From positions 1 to 52,796 of IMG/VR virus record IMGVR_UViG_3300034524_000081: a stretch of 52,796 nucleotides of DNA; one strand, written 5' to 3'. Positions 37,795 through 48,300 of this stretch are shown in pieces; position 1 is the stretch's first letter; every line of letters starts with the position of its first letter. Below the pieces are notes generated by a model that worked only from the letters and a program-made list of their open reading frames with translations, searched no databases and was not told the DNA's origin. This stretch comes from a virus (Duplodnaviria; Caudoviricetes). Both the position numbers and the translations under genes were made by a program.

Positions 37795-39328
37795 TGAGGT
37801 GTTAAATGTGAATGAACATGCTAAATATATTGAAAAAACTTATTCAGGTGGATTAAGTGGTTATACGGCAAGTCAAAGAAAACGTTATGAAGATGCATTA
37901 AAAAAGGGAGATACTGACCTAATAAAAAGACTTGAAGCAGATGCAAAAAGAGTAGGTTACAGCTTGACTAATTCTTCAAGTAACAAAAATACAAGTAATA
38001 AAAGTAATACAAATAATAAAAATAATATAAGTACAAAAACGAATGAACATGCAGAATATATTGAGAAGGCATATTCAGGTGGATTAAGTGGTTATACGGC
38101 AAGTCAAAGAAAACGTTATGAAGATGCATTAAAAAGGGGAGATACAGATTTAATAAAAAGGCTTGAAGCAGATGCAAAAAGAGTAGGTTATAGTTTGACT
38201 GATTCTTTTAATCAAAATATAAACAATAAAAATGTAACAGCAAACGAACATGCGGAATATATTGAAAAAACATATCCTGGGGGATTGAGTAATTATGTTG
38301 CAAGCCAAAGAAAACGTTATGAAGATGCATTAAAAAGGGGAGATACAGATTTAATAAAAAGGCTTGAAGCAGATGCAAAAAGAGTAGGTTATAGTTTAGA
38401 ATTTTCTCCAATAAATTTAAATACGGGAATGTATCAAGAAATTCAAATGCCGACAACTGGTAATATAATACCAACATTTTCGTTTCCTGAATATCAAAAA
38501 GCAAAATATCCTTATTTAAGTTTAAATGAAGCATTAGAAAGAGTGAAAAAATTATATAATCCTGCATATCAATTAGAACAATTAAGGGCTAATGAAGCAT
38601 TTTCGCAGGAATTTAGAAACTTACCGTATTATCTAAATGTAAAAGGTCAAGCTTTTAGTGGTTTACGAGAAGCAGCAGAACGAGGATTAAGCCAGGAACA
38701 TGCAAAAGCATTAGCGGCGGCAGGGTTTCAACATCAACAGCTTTTAAACCAAGCGGCACAACAGCTTTATGGGCAAAGTCAACAGGAGGCACAGCAGGCA
38801 GAGCAGCAGGATTATGCAAGGTATTTAAACGCAAGAGATAGAGCGTACCAGATGTATAGAGATTATATTGGAGACCAAAAATATCTTAGTGAAAGAGAAT
38901 ATCAAAAACTGCGTGATGCAATAGAGGATATATGGAAACAAAGAGAATACGAAAGGCAAAAAGATTTAGACGAATTTAACAAAGAATTAAAAATGAAAGG
39001 TTTAAATCTGGATCAGTCGCAACTCAATTTAGCATGGGCACAGTATAATCTTGCTAAAGATAAGTTTAATTATCAAAAAGAGTTGGATAAACTTGAAAAA
39101 GAACAAGGGATAAAGACTAATTATGAAACAATTGCACAGCTTGCAATAAACCTTGCTCAACAAGATCCACGAGTAAAAAATGCTATTGCTTCGGGTGAAG
39201 AAATGAGCGCAGAAGATTTTTGGAAAATCGTACAAGAATATAGAAACCAATTACTAGGGTCGATATCGTTAGGTTCATTTATGGAAGAACGAGATAATAC
39301 AATGTATGATCATGGAACAGCACGTTAA
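37784..39328 (+). CDS. Putative ejection/internal virion protein with three 52-aa repeats
   Basis: Repeats start 37811, 38042, 38243; Gln/Ala-rich helical C-half; true start may be GTG 37808. Confidence 0.65.
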   Translation: MKDSEVLNVNEHAKYIEKTYSGGLSGYTASQRKRYEDALKKGDTDLIKRLEADAKRVGYSLTNSSSNKNTSNKSNTNNKNNISTKTNEHAEYIEKAYSGGLSGYTASQRKRYEDALKRGDTDLIKRLEADAKRVGYSLTDSFNQNINNKNVTANEHAEYIEKTYPGGLSNYVASQRKRYEDALKRGDTDLIKRLEADAKRVGYSLEFSPINLNTGMYQEIQMPTTGNIIPTFSFPEYQKAKYPYLSLNEALERVKKLYNPAYQLEQLRANEAFSQEFRNLPYYLNVKGQAFSGLREAAERGLSQEHAKALAAAGFQHQQLLNQAAQQLYGQSQQEAQQAEQQDYARYLNARDRAYQMYRDYIGDQKYLSEREYQKLRDAIEDIWKQREYERQKDLDEFNKELKMKGLNLDQSQLNLAWAQYNLAKDKFNYQKELDKLEKEQGIKTNYETIAQLAINLAQQDPRVKNAIASGEEMSAEDFWKIVQEYRNQLLGSISLGSFMEERDNTMYDHGTAR

Positions 39329-39343
39329 GGGAGTTGAAGTATA

Positions 39344-42300
39344 ATGGATGGGCAGAAAGTATGGGAAATGGTTGGTTACGGAGTAAAAAAATATAGAGAT
39401 TTATCAGATGACGAGAAAAAAGCTTTTTTAGAATATGGAATTACATCTGGGTTTATTGATACTGGTATGCTTACAGACAGAGAATGGCAGTTATTAAAGA
39501 AAAGCCCCGATTTTGCTTTAAGGAATATAAAAGAAGAAGAAAATAAAAGTGATACTTTAGGGGAAACAAAAAGCAATAAAATTGTTCAGAAAAGTCATGC
39601 ATTAGAATATAGAGATAAGTTTTCTGGTCAATTACCTAGTTATTATGGAGTAGGAGATTTAAGTATTCAAAGGAAAACTGATATTCAAAGAAAAACTGAT
39701 ATAGATAATCTTTTAAATGAGTTATTTATAACTCCAGCAGAAGAATATAGAGATAAGTTTTCCGGTCAATTGCCTAGTTATTATGGAGCAGAAGATTTAA
39801 GTATACCAAGAGATTTAGATATATCAAGAGATTTAGGTATATCAAAGAGAATAGAAAATGTTGTAAAAGAACCGATTACACAAAAAATATCAGATACTGA
39901 ATATAAAGAAAAATATTCGGGTAAATTACCAAGTTATTATGGTTTTGGCGGTTTAGAAAGTTTATCTTCTGATTATATTAGTAATATTAAAGATAAAAGA
40001 AAAGAACAAACAGAAGCATATAATAATATTATAGATAAAGTTATGCAGGGTGATGAATTAGCTGTAAAAGAATTGGAAGAAAAGTGGAATATAAACCCTG
40101 AATTTGCCAAAAAATATCCTTTTTTTACAAAAGCGGTATTATCTGTTGCAAAGCCAATTCGTGGTATTTTGGATATTCCTTTTTTAAATAGAGTAGCTCA
40201 ACGTGGTGCTGATGTGATAACAGCACATACAACTTCGGAAGAAAAAATACCGGATACTGGGAACAAATTCAAAAATACTGTGGCAGATATTATAGGAACA
40301 ATTGTAGGTTATTCAGTTCCACTTCCGGGGTTAAATCAGTCATGGATGGATATAGCCCACAAATCAGTAAGACCTATTACTTCTAAAGCTGGACAGGCAA
40401 TAGAAAATTTAATAACGAAAATAAAACCTGAAAACATCAAACAAGCTCAAAGGTTATTATGGGTAAAAGATGTTCTGCCGACAGCTATTGAATCAGGAGC
40501 CAGTTTAAGTGCATTAGAAGCACTTAGAGCAATAGCTGACCCTGCCTATGAAAAACTTCCTATTAAAGAAAAAGCAAAAGCTATGGGAAGTTCTTTTTTA
40601 TGGGGTATATTATTCGGAACAGTAGCAAGGACAGCAGAACCATATATGAAGGCTGCATGGCTTAAAGCAAGAGGCTACACAGAAACGAAGCCCGGTTCTG
40701 GTATATGGTTTAAACAGGGCGAAGGTATAATAATGGAGCCAACCAATTTTAGAAATGTTAAAGTCAGAAAAGAAATGTTCGATCAGCATATAAGAAAATG
40801 GTATGAATCTAAATACGGCAAAAATGTTCAAGGGATAACAGGAGAAACACAAACAACGCAGGCAGAACCACAGTCGGGCCGGCCAGAACAGCCGACAACA
40901 GCCATTGCACAAATTCCTCAGCTTAAAATAATTCAAAACGGCACTCGATATAAATTAATCAATATGGAAGATTTGAAGCGGACGGGCGGTGCGGTCCAGG
41001 TAAAAACCCCTGACGATAAAACTATAAGTACTTTCCCGACCGTAATATTAAACGGGCAGGAAATTCCTTCGTATAAAGTTCATGCTATGATTCAAGCTGG
41101 AATGAAAGGAATAGATTATGTATTGGCAGATCCACAGCCGGTAAGAGAAATTAATCCATTGGCAGAAGGTTTTAGGCAGACAGATGAAAGAACATGGGTT
41201 AATGATGAAACTAAAGAAGTTATAATAGATAATTCGGTGCAGGTTGCAGAACCGCCTATAAGTCCGATTACAGAAATACAATCCTTATCTTTGCCGGAGC
41301 AAATAATGCAACCCGAAAATATTATTGAACAGCCATCAGAAGTACAAGTACCGCAAGAGATAATTCCAGAAACAACAATATCGCCTTTGGAAGTTACACC
41401 AAAACAGGAAGAAATAAAAAAGCCTGAACAGGTTGATCATCTGTTGTCTTATTATCAAGAAAAACTTCCAGGTTCGTTGGCGTCCAAAATTGAAGGTGTA
41501 AAAGATTGGCAGGTTATAACAGAAGACGGAGAAAAAGTTATAAAAGGATCACTTATCGACGATAAACGAATAGTGGAGGAACTAGCACGAGATTTTGAAA
41601 GAGCAATTGATGTAGATAAAAAACGAGCTATAGCATTAAACCAACCACAGCATATTTTTTCACGCAAAATGGAAAATGGTATAGAATATAATATTACTAT
41701 TCCCGAAATAGGTTTAGTAAAAACTGTTCTTGAAATAGATAAAGAGCAGGGTCGTTGGTCCGGTAAAATTAATATTGAAATTAGAGCCAAAAAAGTAAAA
41801 GAAAAAGAAGAAGCAAAAGAAGTAAAAGAAGAACAGCAAAAAGAACCCGCAAGAGAAAAGGCCATAGGAGTAATTAGTGGTGGAAAGGCCGCTAGAATAG
41901 AAGAAAAAGGGTATGAATTTGTTTATGGCGATATGGACGAAGAAACATTTTATAATATAGTAGGTATGCTCGGAGGAAATTATGCAGATAGATTAAAAGA
42001 AGCAGGAATAACAATAAAGCCCCGAGAAGAAAAACCTAAAATCAAAGAAACTGCAAAGGAAACATGGCGATTTACAGAAGAAGAAATCAAGGAAATTCCT
42101 GTTACCAAAGCAGGGCAAAAGGCATTACAGAATCAAAATCCTTTATTGAATGATTTTATTAGGTGGTTCAAGGAAAAAAATAACGGCTTTAATGGATTCA
42201 AACTGTCAACATATAAAGATGGAGAACCTGTGTTTTTAGGTAACGGAATAGAAGTTTCCTTGAGAGATTATTTAGGGAAAAAAGAACCAACAAAACAATC

Positions 42301-45300
42301 CAAACCAATAAAAATCTCCGAGCAAAAATCTGAAAAATCTGGTACAATTAAAGAAGAAAAAGAATCTGTAAGAAAAAACCAAACACCATATACCCAAATA
42401 GCAGATGAAGTTGTAAAAGCACTTTCTGCTGGCCGTAAATTAACAAATCAAGACCTGTTTGAAATAGCCGATAAATATTTTGGTGGAACGCAGGCCGAAG
42501 GCAAATACACATCCAAAGATGTGTATGATGCTATGGAACTAGGTGTAAATAAATATATTTTAAATACAAAAGGTTTGAGCGTTGGGCCTTTAGCAAATGT
42601 TCATTCCGCAATAAACAATTTAAGTAATATCGAAGAATTTGTTTTAGATAACATTCCTACTCAAAACAGAAGAACGTTGGAAACCAATGAATTACAGCAG
42701 TTTTCCACTCCACCCAATATAGCTTATACTGCCACATGGGTAGCTAATATATATCCGAATGATGTTGTATTAGAACCCAGCGCAGGAGTAGGCGGGTTAG
42801 CTGTATTCGCCAAAAAAGCAAAAGCCGATAAAGTTTACGTAAATGAAATAGCGCCTAGAAGAATAGAATTATTAAAAGAATTAGGATTTGATAAGGTATT
42901 TACCGAAAATGCAGAACAGCTAGATAACATTCTTCCCGATGAAATAAAGCCAACGGTAATACTTATGAATCCTCCTTTCAGTACTGCAGCAACAAGGGTA
43001 AAAGGTAAAAAGAATACCCAGTTTATAAAAGCTCATATTGAACAGGCATTGAAACGTCTCGAACCCAATGGGAGGCTTGTTGCTATAACCGGCAGAGGGT
43101 TAGCAGAAGGCAAACCGGCTTTTGCTGATTGGTGGAAAGACATTAAAAAAGAATACAATGTAAGGGCCAATATAAGTATAGATGGAGAAAATTACAAGAA
43201 ATACGGAACTCAATTTGATGTTCAGTTAATTGTAATAGATAAAAACGGTCCGACATACGGGAGTGTTATTACCGACAAGGTAGATACCCTCGAAGATGCC
43301 ATAAAAATATTGGAGGGGATAAAACGTGAAAGAACAAAACTTGAACGTGAAAGAGCAAAAGCTGATCGACAAGATGAACAAGCGGTTAAAACTGATAGAG
43401 AAATTAAATCGTCATCCGCTGAACATGTTGGCGAAGAGGTTTCTGAAACAAGCAGAGGAAGTGCTAGAGGAGACAATACTACACCTGTATCAACTAATGA
43501 TGTGGGGGCTGGAACAGCCGGAAATGAAACAAATGTTTTACCAGAACAACCAACAAGAGAAATCATGGCTGGATCTGTGGACGCTGGTGGGCGAACTGGC
43601 GAGCGAAATGACGCATCCGCAGTTGGCAATGAACCTGTTTCTCAAATCGAAGATAATGCCGGAATACCAGATAAGACAAGAGCTGAAACAGGCGAAAAAT
43701 CCGGTGGACGCAGCGGTGTTTCTTCTACAGCTGTTAGCGGAGACAGAGGAATCAATGTAAAGGATACAGAAAAAATCGAAATACAAAAAACAGAAACTAA
43801 AAAGAAAAACGATTTAGGAGACAGCGTTTATACTCCTTATGAACCACAAAAATTAAAAATTAAAGATGCTAAACCGCATCCCGGAAAACTTGTTCAGAGT
43901 GCGGCGATGGATGCTGTTTTGCTTCCCGATCCGATATATCAACCCTCACTGCCCAAAGAAGTGATAGAAGAAGGGAAACTATCAATTGCACAATTAGAAG
44001 CAGTAGTATATGCAGGTCAAGCTCATGAGCAAATACTTCCCGACGGAAAACGAAAAGGCTTCTTTATCGGAGATGGAACGGGTGTAGGCAAAGGGAGAGA
44101 AATCGCAGGAATAATTTTAGACAATATGAGGCAGGGTAGAAAGAAAGCAGTTTGGATAAGCATGAATCAGGACCTTTACAAAGACGCAATAAGAGACTGG
44201 ACAGGGATCGGAGGAAACAGAGAAGAAATTTTTAATTTATCGGAGACTTCTTATGATTCTCCAATACAGAGAGAATCGGGGATCGTATATACTACTTACG
44301 CCACCCTGATTAACAATTCAAAAGATTTTATCAAATCGGGCGAAGAAAAGACGGAATCGCTGAAAACAAGAATAGGCCAACTTATCAATTGGTTGGGAAA
44401 AGATTTTGATGGTGTAATAGCTTTTGATGAATCTCATAAAATAAGAAATTTAGGAAATAAAAAAGGCAAATTCGGCAAACAAAAACCAGCAGTTACAGCA
44501 GAGACAGCAGAACTGTTTAGAAATAGTCTGCCAAATGCAAGAATAGTGTATGTTAGCGCAACGGGGGCAACAGATGTCGGTGATCTCGGTTATCTTGATA
44601 GATTAGGATTATGGGGCAGAGGAACTCCATTTAGCAGTAAAAACGATTTTATAAGCAAAATAGAAGCCGGCGGACTGGCTGCAATGGAACTTGTTGCAAG
44701 AGATATGAAGGCTATGGGAGTTTATCTTGCCAGAAACCTTTCTTATGAAGGCGTTGAATATTCAACCGTAGTCCATGAACTAACAAAGGAACAGCAAAAA
44801 GTTTATGACACTCTTGCTGAAGCATGGCAGGTTATTTTGCAGAATTTAGACAAAGCATTGGAAGTAACCAATATGGGTGAAAACGGCAGAAATAGAGGCA
44901 AGGTATATTCCAGCTTTTGGGGAGCACATCAGAGGTTTTTTAATCAGGTAATCACATCGATGCAGATGCCGGCAGTTTTAAAAGAAGCAGAAAAAGACCT
45001 TGCAGATGGTCATGCTGTTGTGATGCACGTTGATTTTACCGGTGAAGCAACCCAGGAAAGATTGTTTTCAAAAATTGCAGAAGAAGGTATAGATATAGAG
45101 GAAATATCCATAACGCCGTTAGATATTGTGATGCAGTATATTGATAATTGTTTTCCTATTTATCAATATGAAGTTGTTGAAAAAGATGGTAAGAAGTCCG
45201 TAGAATTGGTTAAAGATAGCGCAGGTAACCCTGTTATAAATAAAACAGCGCTTCGCATAAAAGAAGATTTGATGCAGAGGGTTGGTTCTTTAAGGATACC

Positions 45301-48300
45301 GTCTAATCCGATTGATATGGTTATTGAAGCGTTTGGACCTAAAAATGTTGCAGAAATAACAGGAAGAAGTAGAAGAATAGTAAAGGTTATAGATGAAAAA
45401 ACAGGACAGGAAAAACACGTAACAGAAAAAAGAACAGATAAAGTAAGAGAACTAGAAGCAGATGAATTTATGGACGATAAAAGACGTGTCCTGATATTCT
45501 CAAGGAAAGGCGGAACAGGTAGAAGCTATCATGCAGACCTTACCTGTAAGAACCAACGGTTAAGGATGCATTATGTAGTGCAGCCGGGGTTCAGCGCAGT
45601 TAACGCAGTGCAGGGTTTTGGACGAACGCACAGAAGCAATCAGAAACAGCCTCCGCATTTTAAATTGTTTACAACAAACATTGAAGGGCAGAAACGCTTT
45701 ATATCGTCCATAGCAAGAAAGCTGGATCAGTTGGGTGCTTTAACAAAAGGGCAGAGGCAAACCGGCGGGCAGGGCCTGTTTAGTGCAAAGGATAATCTTG
45801 AAGACGAATTAGCAAGAGATGCATTAGAAAGATTCTACAGGCATTTAGTACGTGGAGATTTTCCCGACATTGATAAGTCTGTTTTAAAAAGAATGGGATT
45901 AGACAGGGCATTGTTAGATGAATATGGAAATATTATATCATCAGCGCCACAGCTTAGGGAGACTCCCAATTTCCTGAACAGGGTATTGGCATTAACTGTT
46001 GAAGAACAAAACAAAGTATTTACCCGATTTAAAGAAATACATGACAAAATGGTAGAAGCGGCCATAGAACGTGGAGAATTGGATTTTGGACTTGAAAACT
46101 ATGCGGCAGATAAAGTTGAAGTAAATGAAGAAAGACTTATTAGAACAGACAAATTAACAGGGGATACGTTTTATTATAATCTGACAGCCTATCACAAAAA
46201 CGACATATTAAAATTTGAAGAAATAGACAGGCATATCAAAAATAACAAAGAATCGTTTTTAGGTTTTTATCAAAATACTCGAAGCAAAAATATTAGAGCA
46301 GTATTTAAAACATCGAAAACGAAAACGTTGTCCAATGGCGATATTATTGACGTTTATGTGATGCATGGGCAGTTGCCCCATCAAAAAGGTTATATAGATG
46401 AAAAAACTTTTGATAAGGCAAACTGGCAGCCCATAGAAAATAAACTGGATGCAGAAAAACTATGGAACGATGCAGTTGATAAAACTCCACAATACAGAAC
46501 AGAAACTCTCCACTTAATCAGCGGAAGCCTCCTTCCTGTCTGGGACAGGCTGCCTTCCGGCCATGTTAGAGTTGTAAGGGTTTTAACTGATGACGGCAGG
46601 GTTATTCTTGGCAGATTAATAAAGCAAAGAGAAATAGAATACACTTTAACAAAATTGGGCGCAGAGGCCAGCAAAAAAGATATAGATATAAACGATATAC
46701 CGAATAAAATATTGCAGGATGATTATGTTTTTGTTTTGTCTAACGGATGGCGATTGATAAGGAAAAAAGTTGCGGGAGAATACCGCATAGAAATATCTGA
46801 TGCAGGGGCCAGCGCTAATCTGTTTGATTATCGTGAACAATTATTAGAAGATGGTGTATTTGCAGAAATAGTCGGCGGTTGGAAGACAAGATACTTCATT
46901 CCTACCGAACCGCAGAAAGCAAAAGAAGTAATTCAAAAGATAACAGAATACAGGCCGGTAATTGAGGCCATACCGCCAGAACCTAAAGGCAGTCTTGCAA
47001 GCAAAGAATATTACGATTTAGGAGATGCAGAAGAAACTGCGGAAGATAGGGGAACAGAAGTAAAAGTTGCAACAGACAAAGTCGGGAAAAAACTTTTCCG
47101 CAGAGATATAGTAAATTATCTCAAAGAAAAACTCGATATTCCTGTACGTTTTAGAAGATACAGAAAACGGGCATTAGGTTTATATAAAAACAAACCCGAA
47201 GAAATAAGATTGAAATATAAAGAAGACTTAACAACCCTAGCCCATGAAGTCGGCCATCATATAGACAAAATAATTGAATTGAACAAAGAAACAACAAAAG
47301 AACTTATTCAATTAGCCAGAGAACGCGGTTATAAAAAACAGCTGCGTCAAGAAGGAGTGGCTATTTTTATTGAAAAATGGTTTACCGATCCCGAAGAAGC
47401 AAAACTAATTGCTCCAAGATATTTTGAAATTTTTGAATCAAGGCTTGCCGATTACCCTGAAATAGAAGAAATACTTAAGACTGCCCAGGCAGATATTCAG
47501 GATTTTCTGTCTATGCCTGTATTGGATAGAGTTGCAGCAAGCATATCTTTTGAGCCAAAAGATGGAGTAAGGAAAAGACCTATCAATTTTAAGCAATGGT
47601 TTACTTCTTTATGGGCGGCATGGTTTGATGAACTTGAACCAGTAAAATATTTTGAAGAAATATTGGCAGGAGACAAAAAATTATCTATTAAAGAAAGTCC
47701 GTTCTATCAATTATGGTTAATGAGAGGCGCAACTGATTTGGCCAGAACTGCAATAGAAGGAGATGGTATAAAAGACGCTGATTATAATACAGTATTTTCT
47801 TCCTTGAGAGAAATATTATCTCCTATAAAAACAGAAAAAGAACAGAGAATGTATGTGTATTATGATGCAACGATGAGGGCACTTGAATTATATGATAAGG
47901 GATTCAGCAAAAGAGCGATAGGAATAGAAGCGACAGAAGAAGAACTGAATAAGCTGCGAAATTATTTAGAAACCAACTATCCGCATTTTATAGAAATAAG
48001 AAAAAAACATTTGGTATGGAGAGATAAAATTAATATTCAAACATTAGTAGATGCAGGTTTGCTTGACGAATCGACCGCACAAAAGATAAGAGGATCCAAC
48101 CCGCAGTATGCTCCATTTTATAGAGTTATGGACGAAGAATCTATAAATATGTTTACGGGAGGAATTGGAAGTAGAGGCAGACTGGCCAATTTGCCGAAGC
48201 CGATAAAAAGATTTACGGGTAGCGGTGGCACTATAATTAATACGTTAGATTCAGATATTAAAAATGCTTTTACTTTTTTGAATATGGCGCAGAGAAATGC

